Shown here in pieces: positions 1 to 8,813 of a DNA stretch of 64,000 bases. Source of the stretch: a virus. The position numbers and the translations under genes are program-made. The notes under the pieces were generated by a model, which saw only the letters and a list, made by a program, of their open reading frames with translations, did not search any database and had not been told where the DNA came from. Each line of letters begins with the position of its first letter. Positions within the stretch are counted from its first letter, which is position 1. Location of the stretch: positions 94,947-158,946 of the IMG/VR virus record IMGVR_UViG_3300025810_000004; one strand, written 5' to 3'.

Positions 1-429
1 CTTGGTGGACCCTGCCAATAGGGCGGAGACCTTTTCACAGGCTTGGCCTATGCTCCCAGCTTTGACGTGAACGTGGGTTTCGTCAAAGTGGTCTTCAGTA
101 TGGTACCAGGGGGTCATGGGGCCTTCCGTTGCCGGGTTGGCGTCCTCTGGTCTTGGGGGGATGTTGTCGCCTTCTTTCATGAGCACCACTCTGTCTGCTT
201 CTCTATGAAAGTAGTACCACCGCATTTTCTACTTGCTCCGTATTTCTTCTTCACAGTTGTAGCGAGGTGTACAACAATATACCGACAAGAACCATTATAA
301 TTACTCCCAGAAATTCCAAGACTGGGAGTTTGTCTTCTTTTTCTTCTATAGGTGCCAGTCCCCTCAACAGGACTTTCCAGAATTCTTCCACACCAATTCC
401 CCTTGTGGGGAAACTCCTCTATGGGGGGA

Positions 430-1671
430 TTACTTCACTATGTAGGTCCTGCTGTTCTCCAGGTTCTTGGTCCCCCTCATATACGGCATGACCCACCTCC
501 GCTTGGAGTTGAGCTTTTCCTCCAGTTCCAGCAGTTCATCCCTGAACTTTTCCACCTTCCACTGGAGATACTCTTTTCTGGTATCGGACGCAGATTCGAT
601 TTCCAGAGTCAGGGACTTTATATCCTGCTCTTTGCGGTTGAGCTTGTTCTTGATGGTGGCCTTCTTCGGCCACCAGTGTCCCCTAACCCAGTGCCTTCTT
701 GGGGAACCCTTATCCCCCGGCTGACCCTCGGTCGGCCCTCCCCAGGACATACCCCCAACCCAGGTCACCACGTCTCTGGGGATTTTGTCCAGTTTCCTCT
801 GGAGCTTCTTCCCTTTCCCCCTCTTGGGGTCCTTTGTCCTGTTCAGGGAGTCTTCCAGAGCCTTAATCTTGGTTGCGTTGTCTTCCGTGGCTGGGTCCAG
901 CTCCAGCACCGGGTCTGAGCTGTCCATGTAGAGGAAGGTTCCAAACACGATCCGAAGCGTGTCTATGATGTGCTTTCGAGCTTCCTGGCCTTCTGGCAGT
1001 TCGGTCACCAGACCCAGCTTGCTCATTACCTCTGGATTCTCTATATCCTCCAGAGTGGAATCCCTCTTGGGGTCGTCCAACATGACCCTCAGGTATGTTT
1101 CGAGGTCGTACCTATCTTCTTCCATTTCGTGGAGGTCCAACACCATCCACATTGAAGCGTCATCGCCCACGTGGGTGGACCTCTCGTTCTCAGGCCCCCA
1201 GAGGTACAGGTAAACGCACCCCGGATCGTTTGGCGGGGCAGGCTTGGGTTCTGTGGTTTCCCCCGCGTAGTGCCTGTCCACCCCCCTCCTGAACCTCACG
1301 TACACACCTTCAATTTGGTGCCATTGAGTTTCGTTTCCTCCCCATATCTTGGTCTTCCCCTCAGGAAGGGCGATATACTGGTTCGGGTACGGGGTTCTGA
1401 TCTCAGAGGGTGATACACCTTCCAAGGAGGTGTTGGCCAAGGCTGTCTGCATGGCGGGGGGTACGACGAAGTTCTGCCTCCCCGCCATCACGTACTCTGC
1501 CTGGTGCAGGGTGAGAGTGTACAGAGCCCTGTGGAACCCTATTCCAGGTATGTGGAAGTACCCAGCTATCTCCTTGGGCCCCGCCTTGCCACTGATTATC
1601 AGGTCCAACATGTGGGAGTGTACCTTCTCCCTTGGAAGCTCTTGGGTCAGCATTCTGAATTCTGGGGTCAT
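430..1671 (-). CDS. Hypothetical phage protein (413 aa) with a C-terminal PRxHWxRGHW...WxxPYxRG motif split by a coiled coil
   Basis: Long ORF with coding-like composition. SPRRHWVRGHWW and RRWVMPYMRG resemble a recurring C-terminal motif of phage/MGE hypothetical proteins. Confidence 0.75.
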   Translation of the reverse strand: MTPEFRMLTQELPREKVHSHMLDLIISGKAGPKEIAGYFHIPGIGFHRALYTLTLHQAEYVMAGRQNFVVPPAMQTALANTSLEGVSPSEIRTPYPNQYIALPEGKTKIWGGNETQWHQIEGVYVRFRRGVDRHYAGETTEPKPAPPNDPGCVYLYLWGPENERSTHVGDDASMWMVLDLHEMEEDRYDLETYLRVMLDDPKRDSTLEDIENPEVMSKLGLVTELPEGQEARKHIIDTLRIVFGTFLYMDSSDPVLELDPATEDNATKIKALEDSLNRTKDPKRGKGKKLQRKLDKIPRDVVTWVGGMSWGGPTEGQPGDKGSPRRHWVRGHWWPKKATIKNKLNRKEQDIKSLTLEIESASDTRKEYLQWKVEKFRDELLELEEKLNSKRRWVMPYMRGTKNLENSRTYIVK

Positions 1672-1868
1672 ACAACCTTATACAGACCTTCGAGCCTGTG
1701 CTTATCTTTATATAGAAAGGATGCTGTCCAGCACCCCTTTCACCCGTCTGACGTACCACTTCATCTGGTCTTCTGGTACTTCTTCCTGTTTATCGTTTAT
1801 AGCGAATGCCTCTTTTTGAGCCAGCTCATGGGTTCTCCTTTGGTTCACTTTACCAGCTGGTCCGGGTC

Positions 1869-1884
1869 CGTTGACCTATCTATA
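1869..1884 (+). promoter_or_regulatory. Putative late-type promoter CGTT-N7-CTATA upstream of the His-kinase operon
   Basis: cgtt gacctat ctata. The same motif with the same spacing precedes eight other + strand genes. Confidence 0.55.
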
Positions 1885-1897
1885 AGTTCGGTGAATT

Positions 1898-3478
1898 GTG
1901 ACCATGAAGATCTCCAACCTACATAAGCTGGTAGCCACACTTCCGGCACCCCACCAAGGGATGTTCTGGCTGTGCTTTGTTGTGCTTTGCTGGCAGGGTC
2001 TATACTTGGCCGAATTCTTTGGCGAGTCACTTTACTCCTTCGTAGAGCGACCAGTTCAGCCCCCTGACAAGTGTGAATTCACCCCTGACCTCGGACAAGA
2101 AGCTGAGGGGATGGACCCAGGGGAGGTCCACTTTGTGGTGGATATGCGGTGCTCCGTGTCGAATTTCAGCACGGTGTTCGTCACCACCCCGCTCTGTGGG
2201 GACTGCGACGATGAAGGCTGGAACGAACTCCAAGACGAGGATGGGGACGGGACATACGAGGGCAACATCCAGTTCGTGGATACCACGACCGACTCACCTC
2301 TGGTGGGGGCTGGGCTGATGTACAGATACGGTGTCACCATAGAATCCGGAAGCGGGTTCATGGCCACCTATCCAGAAAACCTCCTGCCCTCCAATTCGAA
2401 TGACGTCTCCTGTGCCCCGTCCTCAGACGGTATGACCTATGCCTACAGGACCCTCGTGACCGACGGTGACGGAACCGAAGTGAAGGACATATTCGGTTCT
2501 TGCACGAGTGTCCCCATCCCATCTGAAGAATGGGACAAAATCCGGGACGAGGAGTGGCGTTCTGCCAACTCGTTCCTGTATGAACACGTGGACCCATGGT
2601 GGAAACCCACCTCCGAGTTCCTGACGAAATTCCAGGTCGTTCCCCCCATCCTGTTTTTGACCTTCTGTTCTCTCTTGTACGTTTACGCCACCTTCTTCAT
2701 AGGCAGCAAATACGTCGGCAGGAAAGAAGCGGCCCTCCACAAAGCACTGGAAGAGACGAAGCACAAGAACACCTACTTGGAGCACGCGGCCAAGATCCTA
2801 CGCCATGACATGCACTCGGGGATCAACACCTACATCCCCCGTGGCATCAAGTCGCTGGAGCGGCGCTTGGAGCAGGCCCAGAAGAACCAGACCATTCGCG
2901 TCTTCAACGACAAGGGCGAGGTGTCCCCACAAACGCTGGTCGGGGCGTTGCGCCTGGACGCCCCGCTACGGATGCTCAAGGAAGGGCTGGCACACACCCA
3001 GAAGGTCTACGCTGGCGTGTGCGAGTTCACCAACCTCGTGAAGGCTGGGTCCAAGATAAACACCAAGCCCCACGACGTGGGAGAGATCCTGAGGGACTAT
3101 CTGGACACGGTGGAATACAAGAGCGAAGTCATAATAGACGACAACCTCCCAACCCTCGAAGTCAATGCGCCTCTTTTTTGCACCGCTCTGGACAACCTCA
3201 TAAGAAACGGTCTGAAGTACAACGATTCTGCATCCAGAATGGTGACGGTCACCAAATTTGACGAGCATCACATAGCCGTTCTGGACAACGGCAGGGGGAT
3301 GTCCCAAGAGGAATTCCTCGAATTTTCCAAGCCCTACACCCGCAAGGCCGGACAACAAGAAAGTGGCATGGGTCTGGGGCTCAATATTTGCATAGCCATA
3401 CTCAACGAACACGGGTTCTCTGTTTCTTCCTCGGTTAGACCAGAGGGCGGCACAGAAATAAAAGTGAGGATTTCTTGA
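1898..3478 (+). CDS. Membrane sensor histidine kinase
   Basis: Two hydrophobic TM segments flank an extracytoplasmic domain. H-box LRHDMHSG, N-box DNLIRNGLKY, G1 DNGRGM, G2 GMGLGL. Confidence 0.92.
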   Translation: MTMKISNLHKLVATLPAPHQGMFWLCFVVLCWQGLYLAEFFGESLYSFVERPVQPPDKCEFTPDLGQEAEGMDPGEVHFVVDMRCSVSNFSTVFVTTPLCGDCDDEGWNELQDEDGDGTYEGNIQFVDTTTDSPLVGAGLMYRYGVTIESGSGFMATYPENLLPSNSNDVSCAPSSDGMTYAYRTLVTDGDGTEVKDIFGSCTSVPIPSEEWDKIRDEEWRSANSFLYEHVDPWWKPTSEFLTKFQVVPPILFLTFCSLLYVYATFFIGSKYVGRKEAALHKALEETKHKNTYLEHAAKILRHDMHSGINTYIPRGIKSLERRLEQAQKNQTIRVFNDKGEVSPQTLVGALRLDAPLRMLKEGLAHTQKVYAGVCEFTNLVKAGSKINTKPHDVGEILRDYLDTVEYKSEVIIDDNLPTLEVNAPLFCTALDNLIRNGLKYNDSASRMVTVTKFDEHHIAVLDNGRGMSQEEFLEFSKPYTRKAGQQESGMGLGLNICIAILNEHGFSVSSSVRPEGGTEIKVRIS

Positions 3479-3909
3479 TGATCCGGAGCATACTTCTGGT
3501 GGACGACGAGAACCTGTTCCATCTGGTTTTCGAAGACGCTTGTTCTCTACTGGACATAGTCCTGAATCTGCAGGCCATAAACTCGGCCAACAAAGCTGAG
3601 GATTTGTTCAAGGACTGGCACCAGGACCCAACCGGACGCCCAGAGTGCGTGTTCGTGGATCTGAATCTTGTGGGTTCGAGCTTCGACGGCATAGAACTCG
3701 TCAGGCGTATCAACGAACTCTACGGCAACGGAGTCGTGATAGGTATTATATCCTCTTCCTCCGACCAGATGGAGATAGAGAAGGCAAAGTCAGTCGGTGC
3801 ACAATTCTGGATTGTGAAGTCTGACGACATAGAGCCCCGGCTTGAGGCTTTCAGGGAGGACTACCAGGGGTACATGGACCGCTCCGCCTCTTTTGAGGTC
3901 TACTCCTGA
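3475..3909 (+). CDS. Single-domain response regulator (REC, CheY-like)
   Basis: ILLVDDE, VFVDLNL (phospho-acceptor Asp), ISSS, FWIVKS. Overlaps the kinase stop codon. Confidence 0.92.
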   Translation: MMIRSILLVDDENLFHLVFEDACSLLDIVLNLQAINSANKAEDLFKDWHQDPTGRPECVFVDLNLVGSSFDGIELVRRINELYGNGVVIGIISSSSDQMEIEKAKSVGAQFWIVKSDDIEPRLEAFREDYQGYMDRSASFEVYS

Positions 3910-4553
3910 TGCCTCCCTCGGTTTCCTTCCCCGACGAAGCTTGGACCAGCCTCATACTTCTGGCCCAGAAGGACTCCGTCTGGTTGGAAGGAAATATACT
4001 GAAGGTGCTGGACCCAGGGGACAGCGCTTCTTACAGGTCCTACCTGGAGTCTGCTACCAAAGCGGATAAAGAAACCAGGGAAAGAAGGCTGGCTGTTACA
4101 AAGCAGGTACAAGCTCAAAACAAAGAACTGATAGCAGCCCAACAGGACTTAGACCAATCCAAAGTTCAGCTGGAAGACGCACTGGCCAAAGCCGAGGAAG
4201 AAGCAAGAAAGGCCAAAGAAGCTCAGAGGGCTGAAAAGGAGGCCAAAGAGGAAATAGACTCGGCCTACCAGAAAGCACAGCAGGACCTCGACTACATGCA
4301 GAAGAGGACCCAATTCGAGCTTATGGGGAACATAGTGAGGGTAGCCCTGGCGACCATAATAGGGGTGGGGGCGGTCACCACCATTCTTTACGCTGTCGCT
4401 TTGTTCGGAACTGGGGCGGAACCTGCCGACACCGCGCTCCTTGCAAACACTTGGTCCAGCATGTTCGGAATACTTCTCACCAACTCCTTTTCCATTATAG
4501 GAACCATAATGGGAGTGAAGTACGCCACCGATAGAAGAGAAGGCGAGGATTAG
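3909..4553 (+). CDS. Coiled-coil protein with two C-terminal TM helices, coupled to the response regulator
   Basis: TGATG stop/start overlap, an E/K/A/Q-rich heptad region and two hydrophobic segments. Confidence 0.8.
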   Translation: MPPSVSFPDEAWTSLILLAQKDSVWLEGNILKVLDPGDSASYRSYLESATKADKETRERRLAVTKQVQAQNKELIAAQQDLDQSKVQLEDALAKAEEEARKAKEAQRAEKEAKEEIDSAYQKAQQDLDYMQKRTQFELMGNIVRVALATIIGVGAVTTILYAVALFGTGAEPADTALLANTWSSMFGILLTNSFSIIGTIMGVKYATDRREGED

Positions 4554-4763
4554 CCCAACAGGCGTTACTTCGCGATATGAAGAACTACTGAGTGTGAGCA
4601 CGGGCTCTGGAGTGAGTCTCATACACGCCCACCCATTCCCCGTTTTTATCCCAAACGTGGAACCCATTCAGATACAGCCCACCTTTTGACTCCCAAGTTC
4701 CCAACCAAACTATGTAAGAACGGTACATTACTTTTGTCTCCAGTTTCCACGTTCAGTGTTCCC

Positions 4764-4793
4764 TATAGAGAGGATATCGTTATCCTCTCTATA
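4764..4793. promoter_or_regulatory. 13-bp perfect inverted repeat carrying the late-type promoter motif on both strands
   Basis: tatagagaggata-tcgt-tatcctctctata. + strand reads CGTT-N7-CTATA; - strand reads CGAT-N7-CTATA. Confidence 0.55.
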
Positions 4794-4830
4794 AAGACCG
4801 GGGTTTATACTCCTCAGGGGAGACTGAAGT

Positions 4831-6399
4831 ATGGCACAACCACCGTTCCTTATAGACGAACTCCAGATCGAGCCGGGAAGCGGCGACACACTCACCGTGT
4901 CTCGCGATTCGACCGACGGAGCTATGAAGTTCGTCGATGCAGTCGTGACATCTGGAGTGCTGCTTCCGAACCTTGTAGGATTGAGGAATGTCACCGGAGT
5001 CTACATGGTGGGTCGAGCTGGTGATGGTGCCCCGTATACGAGCGTCCAAGACGCTCTCGACGCGGTTCCCGACTCTTCCAGCGCTGCTCTCCCCTCCCTG
5101 GTTGTAATTCTGCCTGGTGTGTACACCGAGAACGTTTCCATCCAGAAGGACGGGGTGTATCTGGTCGGTCTGGGTGGAGCGACCATAACCAACGATGGGG
5201 CATCGGACACTGTTGAGATCAGCGCTGCCATAGCCACGACTCCTCAGGACGTTCTGCTCCGAGGTGTGATCATACAGAACACCTCTGCAGGTCAGTCCTG
5301 TGTCCGGATCATAGGTGCGGATTCCTTCGCCTCCGGTACGGTCACCGTGAACGCCGCGCCTCTGGCCACCGGAGACTCCATCACCATCAACGGCACTGCC
5401 CTCACCGGGACAGCAGGCACCCGCACTTCGGGGAGCAACGACTTCTCCGTCTCCGGCATGACCGACGCTGCCATAGCAGCCGAGATCGTAGACGCCATCA
5501 ACGATTCGGCCAACGCTTTCTCCTCTCTGGTAAGTGCAGAGGCAACCGGGGTCGGACTGAACGTGGTCACCCTCACGGCTATCACCGCCGGATCAGGTGG
5601 AAACGCTATAACCCTCGCAGCGAGCACCACGCCTCCGGGCAACATGACCCCATCGGGTGCGAACCTCACCGGGGGCGGGTCTTCGGGCTCCCTCGTGGGC
5701 AACGGAGTCATAACCGTCGAGGACTGCGACCTCGTGGCGGCTGGGGCAGCTGGGTACCAGGTTCGAGCCGATGCCTCTGGACACATCAGAATTCGTGGCG
5801 GCACCTGGCGTGGGTCAGACAGTGCCAGCCTCTCGACTGTCTCCAACTGCGCTCTGTTCTCGGTCGCCGGGGTCGAGTGGACCAACGACTTCGAAACCGC
5901 CTACGACACCACCTCAGACCGCCCCAATGACACCACCTGCGAGTACCTGCTCTCCGGTATAAGCCGCGCAGGTGGAATTCTGTCGAATCTCGTCGGTGCC
6001 GGGTCACTCACCATAAGTAGTTGCCCAAGTGTGGGAACACTGGCGCAGGCGGGGGACCAGACCCTCGCCGTGCAGCACTCGTCTGTGGGTGCGGTCACGC
6101 TGAGCGATACCGTGGCTGCCACACTGACCGCCAGCACACGCACGACTGCTACGGTGGGTGGCGGAACCCCCACACTGTCTGAGCCTCGTATCCGGGGCGA
6201 GGTGGCTTTTGCGGCCTCGGCTTCCGAATCGTACTCGTTCGATGTGACCCAGCCAGACACCGACTACACCGTGTTGCTGGAGAGCCCTACCACGGCTTCC
6301 GTCCTCGCGGTGACAAACAAGACAACCTCCGGGTTCGACATCGAGGCCAGTGTAGCTTTGACAGGCACCGTTGGTCTGTCTATCGTGCGCGGCCAGTAG
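4831..6399 (+). CDS. Putative virion protein with a pectin-lyase/pectinesterase-like beta-helix start and a beta-rich insertion domain
   Basis: YTSVQDALDAV...ILPGVYTENVSI is a typical beta-helix cap. The protein is G/S/T/A-rich; AIAAEIVDAIN...VTLTAITAG resembles tail-sheath-type insertion domains. Confidence 0.6.
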   Translation: MAQPPFLIDELQIEPGSGDTLTVSRDSTDGAMKFVDAVVTSGVLLPNLVGLRNVTGVYMVGRAGDGAPYTSVQDALDAVPDSSSAALPSLVVILPGVYTENVSIQKDGVYLVGLGGATITNDGASDTVEISAAIATTPQDVLLRGVIIQNTSAGQSCVRIIGADSFASGTVTVNAAPLATGDSITINGTALTGTAGTRTSGSNDFSVSGMTDAAIAAEIVDAINDSANAFSSLVSAEATGVGLNVVTLTAITAGSGGNAITLAASTTPPGNMTPSGANLTGGGSSGSLVGNGVITVEDCDLVAAGAAGYQVRADASGHIRIRGGTWRGSDSASLSTVSNCALFSVAGVEWTNDFETAYDTTSDRPNDTTCEYLLSGISRAGGILSNLVGAGSLTISSCPSVGTLAQAGDQTLAVQHSSVGAVTLSDTVAATLTASTRTTATVGGGTPTLSEPRIRGEVAFAASASESYSFDVTQPDTDYTVLLESPTTASVLAVTNKTTSGFDIEASVALTGTVGLSIVRGQ

Positions 6400-6405
6400 G
6401 AGACC

Positions 6406-7218
6406 ATGAACAACGACGACTTCTGGACGAACTTCGCTACGGGCCACACCAACACGGTGCTGGCTGGGTCGATGGACTCCCACTTGTCGGGCAAGAGTCT
6501 TGACGATTCGTTCGGCTCCGTTCGCAATCTCAAGACTGCTGCACGACCCATCCGGCTTCCCACACGCGAGATCAAGACCCTCGCCAAGAGGTTGGCACAG
6601 CGGCTCTACCAGTACGGACTGCCGAAGCCCGGTCGAGTGACGGCGCAGGAGTACCTGCCCCTCACCAACGTCATGGGTGATGAGGTGGTGGTCGAGATCC
6701 TGTTGACGGGCACGCCGGGTCGGAACCGCGACCCGTTCAGCAACGAACTGCTCAACGGCGGCTTCCTCAAGCGTCGTCCCGAAGGTCCGGTGATGCGGGT
6801 GTTCGTGAACCCGCACCTCGACCCCCGGTCGTTTGAGATGCGTCCTCGCAAGATTGTCGAGGACGAGTTGTACCGTCTTCTCGCCCACGAGTTGACCCAT
6901 GCGGCAGATGTCTGGTCAGGCAAGGGGTCGGTGGGTGACCTGTCGGGGTCGATGGATGATCTCAAGAAGCATCACCACAACCATCCGGCAGAGGTTCGGT
7001 CGCTGATGCGGGACGTGGTGACGCACCTCGATGACGGGGACACCGTGCGTGAGTTCATGGGCTACGGCATGGACTTCAACACGGCGCTCCGCGAAGCTCT
7101 GAAGGACACCAAGTGGCCGGACATCGAGCCGTACCTGAACCCGAAGAACAAGAAGACCCTCTTGAAGGGGATCTACACCTTCCTTCAAGATCAAGGTCTG
7201 GACGAGGCGGGGAGGTAG
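6406..7218 (+). CDS. HExxH zincin-like protein with an N-terminal leader ending in KTAA
   Basis: LAHELTHAAD motif with a downstream HPAE, and a GGAG RBS. Confidence 0.6.
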   Translation: MNNDDFWTNFATGHTNTVLAGSMDSHLSGKSLDDSFGSVRNLKTAARPIRLPTREIKTLAKRLAQRLYQYGLPKPGRVTAQEYLPLTNVMGDEVVVEILLTGTPGRNRDPFSNELLNGGFLKRRPEGPVMRVFVNPHLDPRSFEMRPRKIVEDELYRLLAHELTHAADVWSGKGSVGDLSGSMDDLKKHHHNHPAEVRSLMRDVVTHLDDGDTVREFMGYGMDFNTALREALKDTKWPDIEPYLNPKNKKTLLKGIYTFLQDQGLDEAGR

Positions 7219-7221
7219 TCG

Positions 7222-7536
7222 ATGGCAAGGTGTGGACGATGTGGGCTCTGGAATAAGTATCCGGACAACCACCACGAGCAGAAATATGCCGGGGTGTGTC
7301 TGTGGTACCAGCATCGTCTCATGGGCGACGACGTGTTCGAAGACCGGGAGTGCAGTGACTTCTTCGAACGCGTCCCCGGCCTGACCCCCCTCGACCATTT
7401 CGAATACAAGACCAAGCGGGACAATCTGGGGGATGCCTACAAAATGGCCAAAAGGTCCAAGTACCTCGCCTACATAGGCATAACGGTTTCTTTGATCTCT
7501 TTGGTGGCCTCCTTGTACAGGACCTTCTTCGTCTGA
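7222..7536 (+). CDS. Small Cys-rich protein with a C-terminal TM anchor
   Basis: CGRC...C...C pattern, hydrophobic C-terminus, GGAGG RBS. Confidence 0.7.
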   Translation: MARCGRCGLWNKYPDNHHEQKYAGVCLWYQHRLMGDDVFEDRECSDFFERVPGLTPLDHFEYKTKRDNLGDAYKMAKRSKYLAYIGITVSLISLVASLYRTFFV

Positions 7537-7571
7537 GGATCATACGTTGGACTGCCTATAACCTCCTTTAG

Positions 7572-8135
7572 TTGGAGGCAACTATGGCAAACAAACTTAT
7601 AGCTGGCCAGAAGCCGTTCACCGTTATAGCCCCCATCAAGAAGGGCGGAAGCGACCCCTCCAAGGGCAGAAACGGCGTCATATCCCGCACTTCCTACAGG
7701 TCCCAGACCTTCATCGAAGTGGCTCCCCGTCGGGGCACCAATAGTGTGACCAACAACCCCGGTGGAACCCCCGGCATGGGGGCGAGGCAGGGTCTGGCCA
7801 CAGCCACGGCTGCTCCTGTCCGAGCCACCGGAACGGTGACTTTGACTCCCGGTGACGTGGACGGAACCACCACTTTGCAGCTGGGTCCCCACATCCTCAC
7901 GTTTGGTGTGGAGTTCAACTCTGCCGCCACCCTGGCGACAGCTGTGGAAGCCTTGATTGGCTTCTCCGCCACCGAAGCGGCGGGTACAGTTACGATATCC
8001 GGTCCCTATGGTCCGGAAGGAAACGAGACTGTGTTCAAGGTTTCTGGGTACTCCCCAGGAGCTTTCACCCTCACCCCCAATGATGGTTCTTTGCAGGGTG
8101 CAGAACCCTATATAGGACCCGCCGAAATAGTGTAG
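7572..8135 (+). CDS. Putative virion structural protein (likely start ATG 7584)
   Basis: G/T/A-rich beta-type sequence. GGAGG RBS before MANKL; late motif at 7545-7560. Confidence 0.65.
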   Translation: MEATMANKLIAGQKPFTVIAPIKKGGSDPSKGRNGVISRTSYRSQTFIEVAPRRGTNSVTNNPGGTPGMGARQGLATATAAPVRATGTVTLTPGDVDGTTTLQLGPHILTFGVEFNSAATLATAVEALIGFSATEAAGTVTISGPYGPEGNETVFKVSGYSPGAFTLTPNDGSLQGAEPYIGPAEIV

Positions 8136-8142
8136 GTGTCGA

Positions 8143-8811
8143 ATGTCCTTACAGACCAAATCTGACAGATTGGGGATACTGAAGAATCTCCCTCCTGGCA
8201 CCAGGAGGGTCAAGGTGAAAGACATAACTGGCAAGGAGATGTACAAGAAGCCAGAAGAGGTGGACGTAGAAAACGACCTCATACAGTTCTCCAAATCCGG
8301 CGACGTCATAGTCATGAAGGGCAAGCCCGGAGGCCAGAACAAACTGCCCCCGGTCAACGCCAACGCCGCAGCCGTCTCCCAGGCTAGGGACTTGCACATA
8401 AGCTACAACAAGGTCGTGCACTCGGCTCGCAAAAACCCAGAGGGCGATGCGGTATACGAAGCCATAATGAAGTCCATGGCCGCAGACGTGGCCTCTCTCG
8501 AATTCGAGATAGAGGAACAGGTTCGGAAGGGACTCAACCCCACCCAGACCGTGGCCAAGAAGTCCAGAGTCCTCAAGTCTATGGCAGACGCCTGGTTGGC
8601 CCGCAAGAAGATCTCTCGGGACTCGACTGTCGATATGGAGTCCGATCAGTTCGGCGCTTTGTTCTCCCTTATCCTTTCCACCATGAAGGACTGCATGGTG
8701 GACGCCGGGACCCGCAAGGAGCACATAGAGACGATCTTCAACAAGTTCTCGGACACCATCTCCAAGCCAGCTTGGCAGTCAGAGGCAAAGAAACTCTCCG
8801 AGGGTAGCTGA
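8143..8811 (+). CDS. Hypothetical protein directly upstream of the large terminase (candidate small terminase)
   Basis: Position and helical composition only. Confidence 0.55.
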   Translation: MSLQTKSDRLGILKNLPPGTRRVKVKDITGKEMYKKPEEVDVENDLIQFSKSGDVIVMKGKPGGQNKLPPVNANAAAVSQARDLHISYNKVVHSARKNPEGDAVYEAIMKSMAADVASLEFEIEEQVRKGLNPTQTVAKKSRVLKSMADAWLARKKISRDSTVDMESDQFGALFSLILSTMKDCMVDAGTRKEHIETIFNKFSDTISKPAWQSEAKKLSEGS

Positions 8812-8813
8812 AT

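Noticed and set aside
1-429. Short ORFs at the left edge
   Set aside because: Several competing short frames, none clearly supported.
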